A DNA stretch of 64,000 nucleotides from a virus: IMG/VR virus record IMGVR_UViG_3300028394_000035; one strand, given 5' to 3'. The notes under the pieces are model-generated. The model was not told the DNA's origin. It saw only the letters and a program-made list of their open reading frames with translations, and ran no database searches. Shown one piece after another: positions 47,500-55,065 of this stretch. The position numbers and the translations under genes were made by a program. The first letter of the stretch is position 1. Each line of letters begins with the position of its first letter.

Positions 47500-48972
47500 A
47501 TGAAGCAAGAGAATTTAGACGAGCTTAAAAATATCTACTTAGGTTTGGTGACTGGTGGGGAAGGACCGGAAGTGTTGAGTGAGGCACCTACTCAATTTGC
47601 TAAAGATTTACAGAATAATATAAGAGATACGGCAGCTCAAAAAACAGTTAATAAAGCTCTTAGTGGAGGACTAAAACCTGCTGCAACACCTACAGTTCCG
47701 AGACCTGCTGCACCTACTCAATTTGCTAAAGATTTGCAGAATAATATAAGAGATACGGCAGCTCAAAAAACAGTTAATAAAGCTCTTAGTGGAGGACTAA
47801 AACCTGCTGCAACACTACCAGCAAAAAAAGTTGGTCCTAAGATTGTAGGTCCTAAGATTGTAGGTCCTGGTGGTGATAATAGTGGAGGAACACCAGCAGG
47901 ACAAGCACCAAAACCTGCTGCTCCAAGACCAGCAGCAGCACCTACAAAACCAATGGGTGGCGCTCCTATGGACCAGTTTGCAAGAGCAAATCCAACTCTT
48001 GCCGCCAAAGTAAAACCAGGGCAATCTGGATATGATACTATCAACACAAGATTATCTGCCGATAACGATAGAGGACCAAGCACACCAACACCAGCAGCAG
48101 AACCTTCTGGTGAAACTGATAGGCTCAAAAAGGCACTTGACATCAAAAAGTCAGATGTGACCTCTTCTTATGAATGGTCTTCAGTAAAAACTCTAAAGAA
48201 TATTGCAGATGCATATTCTAGTGTTTATGAGAAGAAAGAATATGAAACATCCAGAGATAAAGACAAAGATGGTGATAATGACTTTGCTGATAATATGATT
48301 GCTCGAATGGTTGCTTCTGGTATGTCCCGTGAAGAAGCAATTAAGAAAGTAAAGAATAAGTCTTATAATGAAGAAATTGAGTATATTGAAGAAAGAGACG
48401 AAGGCAAACCAGGTTTAATGTTTAAGAAGATTGCTGCAAAAGCAGCAAAGAAATATGGTTCAAAAGAAGCAGGCAATAGAGTTGCTGGAGCAATTCGTAA
48501 GAAAGTTCTTGCAAATGAAGCAACTGCGATGGCTAAGAGAGGTCTTGATGAACCTGCAATTCGTAATAAGATTGCATCAACAACTCGTGGCGATGAGAGT
48601 GCAGACAAAGCAACTGCACTAGCAGATCGTGAAACTTATGGTGATAATAAAAAGAAAGAAGGTAGAGAGAAACTTGCAAGAAAGCAAAGAGGCGATTTCC
48701 GTGATACGACTTCTTCAAATCCTGGACTTCACGGATATGCATACAAAGCAACAACCGATGCTGATAAAGAAAAGCAGGCAGCAAGAGGAAAACAAAGAGG
48801 TGTCCTAACTCCTAATGAAAAGAAGACCCTGAATAGAGAAGAAGTTCATATCTATGATACTATTATATCACACTTACTTGAATATGGTTTCGCAGATACA
48901 GAAGAAGGTGCAGATGTGATTATTGAAAATATGAGCCAATCTTGGATTAAACAAATCCTAAGTGAAGATTGA
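47500..48972 (+). CDS. modular low-complexity hypothetical protein
   Basis: 490 aa with Pro/Ala/Lys-rich linkers and an internal duplication; GATAAATA upstream. Confidence 0.75.
   Translation: MKQENLDELKNIYLGLVTGGEGPEVLSEAPTQFAKDLQNNIRDTAAQKTVNKALSGGLKPAATPTVPRPAAPTQFAKDLQNNIRDTAAQKTVNKALSGGLKPAATLPAKKVGPKIVGPKIVGPGGDNSGGTPAGQAPKPAAPRPAAAPTKPMGGAPMDQFARANPTLAAKVKPGQSGYDTINTRLSADNDRGPSTPTPAAEPSGETDRLKKALDIKKSDVTSSYEWSSVKTLKNIADAYSSVYEKKEYETSRDKDKDGDNDFADNMIARMVASGMSREEAIKKVKNKSYNEEIEYIEERDEGKPGLMFKKIAAKAAKKYGSKEAGNRVAGAIRKKVLANEATAMAKRGLDEPAIRNKIASTTRGDESADKATALADRETYGDNKKKEGREKLARKQRGDFRDTTSSNPGLHGYAYKATTDADKEKQAARGKQRGVLTPNEKKTLNREEVHIYDTIISHLLEYGFADTEEGADVIIENMSQSWIKQILSED
47584..47815 (+). 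repeat. 106-bp direct repeat, two copies with a 126-bp period
   Basis: 47584-47689 and 47710-47815 differ at one synonymous base (TTA/TTG); both encode APTQFAKDLQNNIRDTAAQKTVNKALSGGLKPAAT. Confidence 0.9.
47833..47868 (+). repeat. 15-bp coding tandem repeat (GGTCCTAAGATTGTA x2.4)
   Basis: Encodes GPKIV-GPKIV-GP. Confidence 0.85.
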
Positions 48973-48991
48973 TTTATAAAAACAAATAAGT

Positions 48992-49020
48992 AAAAGCACC
49001 TATTGACTAGGTGCTTTTTT
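48992..49020 (+). terminator. terminator hairpin (possibly bidirectional)
   Basis: AAAAGCACCTA-TTGAC-TAGGTGCTTTT plus T-run. Confidence 0.85.
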
Positions 49021-49031
49021 ATGACTATAAT
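49003..49031 (+). promoter_or_regulatory. sigma70-type promoter with its -35 in the terminator loop
   Basis: TTGACT-N17-TATAAT. Confidence 0.75.
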
Positions 49032-49095
49032 AACTCTGTGGGTTTTGAGAAAATATCTTAGGTTCTAAATACATTAAGATTACTTAAAGGACCTC

Positions 49096-49557
49096 TTGGC
49101 GACATATAATAATCCTTGGTTATATAATGAAGAACCCTTTGAGACAAATGATATCCAAGATTGGTATGGGTTTGTATATCACATACGAAACACTTGTAAT
49201 ACTCGGTGTTATATTGGAAGAAAGTACTTTTGGTCTTTTACAAAGGATAAAGGAAAGAAAAGAAAAAGCAAAAAGGAAAGTGATTGGAAAAATTATTATG
49301 GAAGCTGTACAGAACTCAAAGAAGACATAAAGATATTTGGAAAAGATAAGTTTGAAAGAAAGATTATAAGTCTTCACAAGACATTAGGAAAAACTAATTA
49401 TGAAGAAACTAAACAGTTATTTTTAAATAATGTTTTGATTGAAGCACTTGACGATAATCATCCAAAGTATTATAATTCACAGATACTATCTCGTTATTTT
49501 AGGAAAGATTATTTCAATTATGAATCAAACAAAAACACAAATAATGGTGCAGTGTGA
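49096..49557 (+). CDS. GIY-YIG family endonuclease
   Basis: GFVY...YIGRK, WKNYYGS, and a conserved E in NYEETKQ; TTG start after AAAGGA. Confidence 0.85.
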   Translation: MATYNNPWLYNEEPFETNDIQDWYGFVYHIRNTCNTRCYIGRKYFWSFTKDKGKKRKSKKESDWKNYYGSCTELKEDIKIFGKDKFERKIISLHKTLGKTNYEETKQLFLNNVLIEALDDNHPKYYNSQILSRYFRKDYFNYESNKNTNNGAV

Positions 49558-49723
49558 TAGTATTGTTGCATATTATATTGAACGAATAGAACATCATTAT
49601 AAAAATGGAAGAAAAAAAGAAGCAAGATGTTTACATAAAGAAATTCAACAATGGATACAGGAAAAAGAAGATTATGAAGTGATTACTTTAGAATACTTAA
49701 CTGATTATTTTGACAAAACCTAA
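49520..49723 (+). CDS. small hypothetical protein
   Basis: ATG at 49520, overlapping the end of the nuclease gene. Confidence 0.55.
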   Translation: MNQTKTQIMVQCDSIVAYYIERIEHHYKNGRKKEARCLHKEIQQWIQEKEDYEVITLEYLTDYFDKT

Positions 49724-49738
49724 ATAATCTCATATAAT
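49710..49738 (+). promoter_or_regulatory. consensus sigma70 promoter
   Basis: TTGACA-N17-TATAAT, exact consensus; a CTAAATA late-like box lies in the spacer. Confidence 0.75.
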
Positions 49739-49742
49739 GATT

Positions 49743-49771
49743 AAGCAATCCTTAAAAAGATTGCTTTTTTT
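49743..49771 (+). terminator. terminator hairpin
   Basis: AAGCAATC-CTTAAAAA-GATTGCTT plus T-run. Confidence 0.8.
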
Positions 49772-49796
49772 ATTATGAGATTTTGACGTGACAACC

Positions 49797-49863
49797 TAGA
49801 GCCGTGGAAGATGCCCTTCGAGAGATGTGGTGTACCCCTCTTCTATACGGATGCCGAATTCTA
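49797..49863 (+). ncRNA. candidate structured 5' leader RNA
   Basis: GC-rich island in AT-rich context. Nested pairings TAGA/TCTA, CCGT/ACGG, GAAGA/TCTTC and an inner GAGA-tetraloop stem, folded by eye. Confidence 0.4.
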
Positions 49864-49872
49864 TTAAAATTA

Positions 49873-50532
49873 ATGCTACTATCAACAATTGCTACCCTTT
49901 CAGTCTTAACTGCGTTTGCTTCACCACTACTCTTACCGGTGAGTGCTCCACCAGTGCCTGAGAAAGAAAGTTTAGAACTCACAATTCAAGACTTCTCAAA
50001 TCAGAAAGACACCAAATCTGAAAAACTAAACATTACAGAAACGAAGGTCGAAAATAAAGAAAAGATTTGGAAATGTAAAGGGTGTAATCAAACAGAAACT
50101 TATGCTTTGAGTTACTTGCAAAAACAAGGAATCAAAGATAAGAATGCTCTAGCAACCATCATGGGTAATATCAAACAGGAATCAGATTTTGTTCCTAATA
50201 TCTGTGAGGGTGGGTCTAGAGTTTCCTACCAAGGATGTGGAAGCGGTGGATATGGATTAATCCAATGGACCGATTCTGCAAGATATGATGGATTAGGAAG
50301 ACATGCTGCCCGTATGGGTGCTAGTGCTTCTACACTTGATACTCAACTCAACTATATGTTGAATGAGGGTGATTGGAAAATGATTGAACCGAGAATGAAA
50401 ACTCCTGGTAAATCAATTGACCAGTATATGTACTACGCAAGTAAGTGGATACGCTGGGGACATCACGGAGCAAGAACTGACTTTGCTTATCGTTATGCGA
50501 AAAAAATGGTTCTTACAGAAGTAGATGCCTAA
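49873..50532 (+). CDS. phage tail-lysozyme-like muramidase with an N-terminal signal/anchor
   Basis: ATIMGNIKQES (catalytic E), GGYGLIQWT, LDTQLNY; hydrophobic N-terminus from ATG 49873. Confidence 0.8.
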   Translation: MLLSTIATLSVLTAFASPLLLPVSAPPVPEKESLELTIQDFSNQKDTKSEKLNITETKVENKEKIWKCKGCNQTETYALSYLQKQGIKDKNALATIMGNIKQESDFVPNICEGGSRVSYQGCGSGGYGLIQWTDSARYDGLGRHAARMGASASTLDTQLNYMLNEGDWKMIEPRMKTPGKSIDQYMYYASKWIRWGHHGARTDFAYRYAKKMVLTEVDA

Positions 50533-50567
50533 TTGAATAAATATGGGGGAATGTATCTTCCCCCTTT

Positions 50568-50975
50568 GTGTTTAACTTTAATTTTGGCAAGAAGAAACCA
50601 ACTATTTTTAAATATGCAATTGTAGGAGTTATATTTACTTCAACTATTACAGTTATATCTCAGTGTACTCGTATACCAGAAGAAAAATTATATGATATTG
50701 TAGATCAAGTTCAAAGAAAAATACCTGGAAAACCTTTGAATGATTATATTATAACTGATCCAATTCTTTTAGATAGAAGAATCAAAAGAGATGTTGATTC
50801 TGCAATACTAGAATATGAGAGGTTGACGGGAGATGATGGTAGTGTTAGAATAAGTCCATCATATTTTTCAGAAAAACCACCTGATGGCAGTAAAGCACAA
50901 AAATTACTTGGTGGTGAATTAAGAATATGTGGTTCTTGGGTTCCTGATTGCCCAAAAGAAAATCAAGTTCAATAA
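50568..50975 (+). CDS. hypothetical membrane-anchored protein
   Basis: GTG start; basic N-terminus, one TM helix ending in SQC; C-terminal CGSWVPDC. Confidence 0.65.
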   Translation: MFNFNFGKKKPTIFKYAIVGVIFTSTITVISQCTRIPEEKLYDIVDQVQRKIPGKPLNDYIITDPILLDRRIKRDVDSAILEYERLTGDDGSVRISPSYFSEKPPDGSKAQKLLGGELRICGSWVPDCPKENQVQ

Positions 50976-50976
50976 T

Positions 50977-51049
50977 GCGAATGTAGTTCAGTTGGTAGAA
51001 CGCTATCCTTCCAAGTTAGATGTCGTCGGTTCGAGTCCGATCATTCGCT
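50977..51049 (+). tRNA. tRNA-Gly(TCC)
   Basis: Acceptor GCGAATG/CATTCGC, anticodon loop CT-TCC-AA, T-loop GTTCGAGTC; CCA not encoded. Confidence 0.92.
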
Positions 51050-51071
51050 TTCCCTTTTTGGGATAATTTAT

Positions 51072-51143
51072 TCCACAATAGCTCAGCGGTAGAGTCGGTG
51101 ACTGTTAATCACTTGGTCCCTGGTTCGAATCCAGGTTGTGGAG
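51072..51143 (+). tRNA. tRNA-Asn(GTT)
   Basis: Acceptor TCCACAA/TTGTGGA, anticodon loop CT-GTT-AA, T-loop GTTCGAATC; CCA not encoded. Confidence 0.95.
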
Positions 51144-51165
51144 TTTCTTATTATAACTATTTAAA

Positions 51166-51810
51166 ATGTTCTGGCAAAAATATCATGATATTTTAATTAA
51201 ATATCTAACCTTGGAAAATACATATTCTCAAGAAACTGTACAAAATGATTCTAAATTGGAATCTTTTTTGTATCAAGGAGAATACATTCTTAAATCTAGA
51301 GTAACTAATATAACAAAAGGCAGCACATCAATCTATAATAATATTCTCTATCCAAAAACTGGAAAAAATCTTCCTTGTCTCGGAATGGATTTGATGGCAT
51401 TCTTTAAAAATAAAGTTATCTTAACTTTTGATTTCCAGCATCCAAAAGAAAACTATGATTTTGATCATGAAATTGTGAGAAAAAATATGGGGAAATATTT
51501 GGATAATACTAAAGAAATTCGTTTCTTTGAACCAGGTAATCACTTCTCTCGATATGTATTTGTGCGTAAGTGTCATATGGATGAGGTGGATCAGTATTTA
51601 CCAGATTTTGAAAAATACGTTTCTACATATTCTAAACTTTTGGAGGAATTTCAACCAGAAGAAAATAATACAGAAGAGTTTATTAATTTTGATAATTATA
51701 TGCTAAAGTTAGATCCAGTATCTGGATATATGCAGTCAAATTTTGGTAAAGAATTTGCTGAAAAATATGTGAAAAAATTTTTATTTGAGTACTCTAGTTT
51801 CTCATTATAA
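51166..51810 (+). CDS. pebS: ferredoxin-dependent bilin reductase, phycoerythrobilin synthase type
   Basis: IYNNILYPKTG..LPCLGMDLM..F...V...DFQHP, RFFE.GNHFS, DEVDQYL and LDPV.GYM..FG match the cyanophage PebS sequence as I recall it; both catalytic Asp positions (GMDL, LDPV) are present. Confidence 0.88.
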   Translation: MFWQKYHDILIKYLTLENTYSQETVQNDSKLESFLYQGEYILKSRVTNITKGSTSIYNNILYPKTGKNLPCLGMDLMAFFKNKVILTFDFQHPKENYDFDHEIVRKNMGKYLDNTKEIRFFEPGNHFSRYVFVRKCHMDEVDQYLPDFEKYVSTYSKLLEEFQPEENNTEEFINFDNYMLKLDPVSGYMQSNFGKEFAEKYVKKFLFEYSSFSL

Positions 51811-51813
51811 ATA
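51806..51813 (+). promoter_or_regulatory. T4-type late promoter (TATAAATA)
   Basis: Exact consensus 15 nt upstream of the dps ATG. Confidence 0.8.
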
Positions 51814-51828
51814 TCTAAAAATAGGATA

Positions 51829-52263
51829 ATGGAAAAACTATTTAAACAATTAAGTGATGCTCAGGCATCACTCTTTGTTCTTTTTCAAAAGACTTGGGTA
51901 TATCATTGGGATGTAGTGGGACCTGATTTTCACCAATTTCACACATTATTTGGAGAGCAGTATAATACAATGTTTGAAGAGATTGATACTCTTACAGAAC
52001 ATATGAGATATTTGGGTATGAAACCAGTTAGTACTTTAACTAGAGCAGTTGAAGTATCTATGATTAAAGAGGCAAATAGTTCAATTAATGCTAATGAAAT
52101 GATTAGAGAATTACGTGATGACAATATGAAGATATGTGATATACTTACTGATGTATCAGAAGAGGCAGATAGTCAAAGGCAATATGCAACTTCTAATTTA
52201 GTCCAGAGCATCACAGAAACACATGGTAAATTTATTTGGATGTTAAGGTCCTTTTTAGAATAA
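51829..52263 (+). CDS. dps: Dps-family ferritin-like protein
   Basis: YHWDVVGPDFHQFHTLFGEQY...EEIDTLTEH with intact ferroxidase-type H/H/D/E positions; C-terminal HGKFIWML. Confidence 0.92.
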   Translation: MEKLFKQLSDAQASLFVLFQKTWVYHWDVVGPDFHQFHTLFGEQYNTMFEEIDTLTEHMRYLGMKPVSTLTRAVEVSMIKEANSSINANEMIRELRDDNMKICDILTDVSEEADSQRQYATSNLVQSITETHGKFIWMLRSFLE

Positions 52264-52275
52264 TGGAGAAATTAA

Positions 52276-52527
52276 ATGATTGAAATACGTTGCAAACTTT
52301 GTAATACAGAATTAAAAAGTCATCCAACACAGACACGTTGTTGTGGATGCACGAATATGATGACTGTTGTTGGTGATAAAATCACGGCACTTGACTTAAG
52401 TAAGGTTGTTATGATAAACTCAATACGTCAACAACAACAAAACTCATATTTTACAGAGGAAGAACTTGCTTGGCAGCAAGCAAGAGCAAATCGTAAAATA
52501 CGTAAATTAGAATTTGAGGTGAGATGA
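52276..52527 (+). CDS. small Cys-rich (zinc-ribbon-like) protein
   Basis: CKLC...CCGC; GGAG RBS. Confidence 0.7.
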   Translation: MIEIRCKLCNTELKSHPTQTRCCGCTNMMTVVGDKITALDLSKVVMINSIRQQQQNSYFTEEELAWQQARANRKIRKLEFEVR

Positions 52528-52679
52528 ACTGGGAATCCCCAAATCTATCAAAGCAAGATGTGGAATTGCTTACTATAACATTAGATGATTATATTTTTTA
52601 TGCAAAACGTGATGGTATATTTGATTGCAATGAAGTCGAAAGACTATTAATCAGATTGGAAGACCATTTACAAAACTAG
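52524..52679 (+). CDS. 51-aa hypothetical protein (not in the ORF track)
   Basis: MNWESPNLSKQDVELLTITLDDY...; ATGA overlap with the upstream gene and GAGG RBS. Confidence 0.6.
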   Translation: MNWESPNLSKQDVELLTITLDDYIFYAKRDGIFDCNEVERLLIRLEDHLQN

Positions 52680-52691
52680 TAAACCAGATGG

Positions 52692-52764
52692 GCTCTTTTA
52701 GCAATCTGGTGAATGCACCGAACTCATAATTCGGATAAGGTCGGTTCGATCCCGACAAGGAGCA
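52692..52764 (+). tRNA. tRNA with CAT anticodon (elongator Met or Ile2)
   Basis: Acceptor GCTCTTT/AAGGAGC, anticodon stem CCGAA/TTCGG, loop CT-CAT-AA, T-loop GTTCGATC. Confidence 0.88.
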
Positions 52765-52787
52765 TAGTCACGGAGAGACTTTAAGAG

Positions 52788-52816
52788 TTGCATAAACTCT
52801 CCTTTTTTGTTATAAT
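52788..52816 (+). promoter_or_regulatory. sigma70-type promoter for the sugar island, overlapping a terminator-like hairpin
   Basis: TTGCAT-N17-TATAAT with TGn; AGAGTT/AACTCT hairpin plus T6. Confidence 0.65.
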
Positions 52817-52842
52817 ATATAACACAAACAAAGATAATTTTT

Positions 52843-53886
52843 ATGAGTGAGTATAAGAAAACAGCACTTGTTCTTGGTGCTGGTGGATTTATTGGGAGTC
52901 ATATGGTTCGCAAATTGCGATCAGAAGGATACTGGGTTCGTGGTGTAGATCTTAAATACCCAGAGTTCTCAGAAACAGAAGCAAACGAATTCATTCAAGG
53001 AGACTTGAGAGATGTGAGTTTTGTTGAGAGAGTAATCCAGTTTAAAGGATATCAGGGTAATTTTTATCACAGTGTTCCTTCACGATATCTACAACCATTT
53101 GACGAAATTTATCAGTTTGCTGCTGATATGGGTGGAGCAGGATTTGTTTTTACTAGAGAGAATGATGCAGACATTATGCATAATTCTTGTACAGTAAATT
53201 TGAATGTGCTTGAATCTGTTCGTAAGTTTAATGATATTACTGGTCGGAATACTACTAAGATTTTCTATTCTGGATCTGCGTGTATGTATCCAGAACATAA
53301 TCAACTTGACCCAGATAATCCTGATTGTCGTGAAGAATCAGCATACCCAGCAGAACCAGATTCTGAATATGGATGGGAAAAACTTTTTTCTGAAAGGTTA
53401 TTTCTTGCGTATCATCGTAATTATAAAATTCCTGTTAGAGTTGCTAGGTATCATAATATCTTTGGACCAGAAGGAACCTGGGAAGGTGGACGTGAGAAAG
53501 CACCAGCAGCAATATGTCGTAAGGTCGCAGAACTTCCAGAAGATGGTGGAACAGTTGAAGTGTGGGGTGATGGAAAACAAACTCGTTCATTCCTCTATAT
53601 TGATGAGTGTATAGAGGCAACTCGTCGTATGATGGAATCTGATTTTATTGGGCCAGTAAATATTGGTTCAGAGGAAATGGTAACTATCAATCAACTCGTG
53701 GATACTGCAGCAAAAGTTGCTGGTAAAAAAGTATCAAAAAATCATATTGATGGACCTCTTGGTGTTCGTGGACGTAATTCCAATAATGATTTGATTCGTA
53801 AAGAACTTGGTTGGGATTATAATATGACTTTAGAAGAGGGTATTACAAAAACTTATAAATGGATTGAGGAACAGATAAATGGTTGA
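52843..53886 (+). CDS. GDP-mannose 3,5-epimerase-like SDR
   Basis: GAGGFIG, FAADMGG, SSAC-like SGSACMYP, YGWEK, REKAPAAICRK, GVRGRNS. Confidence 0.85.
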   Translation: MSEYKKTALVLGAGGFIGSHMVRKLRSEGYWVRGVDLKYPEFSETEANEFIQGDLRDVSFVERVIQFKGYQGNFYHSVPSRYLQPFDEIYQFAADMGGAGFVFTRENDADIMHNSCTVNLNVLESVRKFNDITGRNTTKIFYSGSACMYPEHNQLDPDNPDCREESAYPAEPDSEYGWEKLFSERLFLAYHRNYKIPVRVARYHNIFGPEGTWEGGREKAPAAICRKVAELPEDGGTVEVWGDGKQTRSFLYIDECIEATRRMMESDFIGPVNIGSEEMVTINQLVDTAAKVAGKKVSKNHIDGPLGVRGRNSNNDLIRKELGWDYNMTLEEGITKTYKWIEEQING

Positions 53887-54532
53887 AAATTTTTCATGGG
53901 TTGAAAATAAAAAGGATAACTTCAAAGAATATGCTCTAAATCTTCCAGATAGTGAAGTAGAAGAAATTCTTGGTAGTATTCCTTCTGGGTGGAACTATCC
54001 TCCAAAAAGCCATAGAGGATTTGTGGAATGGTTGATTAATCGCATTAAACCAGAGGTCACAGTTGAACTTGGTGTTGACTATGGATACTCTTCTTTCTTA
54101 ATGGCACTATGCCAAGACAATCCAGTATACGGTATTGACTGCTTTGATGTTTCCGTTCATGGTCCTCGTGAAGATGATGATTATCAGTTTGTAATGTCAG
54201 TTAAAGAAAAACTTGGTCTTGATAATCTAGAAATTATTAAAGGTTATTTTAACGATGTAGCAAAAACTTGGGATAAAGAAATTGATATTCTTCACATTGA
54301 TGGTCTTCATGATTACAAAAATTGTAAAAATGACTGTGATACCTGGGCACCTTTAATAAAAGAAAATGGCGTAATTCTATTTCATGACACTATTTCAAAC
54401 CCTGATGGTGTCGGACACTTTTTTTCTCAACTTGAAGTTCCAAAAGTAAACTTTACAAATTCTTTTGGTCTTGGAGTAGCTTCAAACAATGTAGATCTAA
54501 TTGAAGAGATTAAGCAAACTTTTAAACTATGA
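53879..54532 (+). CDS. class I SAM-dependent methyltransferase
   Basis: VELGVDYGYSS, GIDCF, LHIDGLHDY, LFHD. Confidence 0.88.
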   Translation: MVENFSWVENKKDNFKEYALNLPDSEVEEILGSIPSGWNYPPKSHRGFVEWLINRIKPEVTVELGVDYGYSSFLMALCQDNPVYGIDCFDVSVHGPREDDDYQFVMSVKEKLGLDNLEIIKGYFNDVAKTWDKEIDILHIDGLHDYKNCKNDCDTWAPLIKENGVILFHDTISNPDGVGHFFSQLEVPKVNFTNSFGLGVASNNVDLIEEIKQTFKL

Positions 54533-55065
54533 TTAAACTTATAATCCTTGATGTGGATGGTGTTCTTACTGATGGCACCAAATATTATGATCGTGATGGG
54601 AAAGTAGTTCTTAAACTTTTCTGTGATAAGGATTGGACTGCCATTAAAAGATTTCGTGCTATTGGAATTCCAGTTGTTTTTATAACTGGCGATCCTTATA
54701 ATGAGATCATTCTTAAGAATAGAAATCTTCCTGTTGTAGTGAATCGTGGCGAAGGATTTCATAAAGACAAAGTAAATTATCTTGCAGAAGTTCTTGATGA
54801 TTACAATTGTCTTGCAGAAGAAGTTGTTTATCTTGGAGATGATCTTTTTGATTATGGTATAATGAGAGAGGTTGGATATCCTTATTGTGTGTTAAATTCA
54901 CCAAGAACTCTTCAAGACATTTCTGTAGTTCTTCACTGTAATGGTGGAGAAAATGCAGTGATGTGTTTGTTTGAATATCTGGAGGATAGAGAATTGATTC
55001 CGGTTGTTCCTTATGATGAGGTAATGTCTAAAATTTATGAACTTGACTTGAAGGAAAACTTTTAA
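54529..55065 (+). CDS. KdsC/YrbI-like HAD sugar-phosphate phosphatase
   Basis: LDVDGVLTDG, ITG, YLGDDLFD. Confidence 0.88.
   Translation: MIKLIILDVDGVLTDGTKYYDRDGKVVLKLFCDKDWTAIKRFRAIGIPVVFITGDPYNEIILKNRNLPVVVNRGEGFHKDKVNYLAEVLDDYNCLAEEVVYLGDDLFDYGIMREVGYPYCVLNSPRTLQDISVVLHCNGGENAVMCLFEYLEDRELIPVVPYDEVMSKIYELDLKENF

Noticed and set aside
47584-47868. Direct repeats as a CRISPR array or mobile-element ends
   Set aside because: Only two long copies, in frame and coding; no repeat-spacer periodicity, cas genes or transposase. The same applies to the gp22 15-mers.
49096-49557. GIY-YIG gene as a mobile homing endonuclease element
   Set aside because: Only 153 aa with no visible DNA-binding extension, and not inside an intron; more consistent with a resident nuclease, so it is reported as a CDS.
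51050-51064. TCCC-TTTTT-GGGA hairpin between the tRNAs as a terminator
   Set aside because: Only a 4-bp stem with no following U-tract; too weak to call.
52765-52842. wcaG-type RNA motif or a switch upstream of the epimerase
   Set aside because: Only short competing hairpins (AGTC/GACT, GGAGAG/CTCTCC) are visible; these are explained by a tRNA-downstream terminator plus promoter, and I cannot match a known motif.
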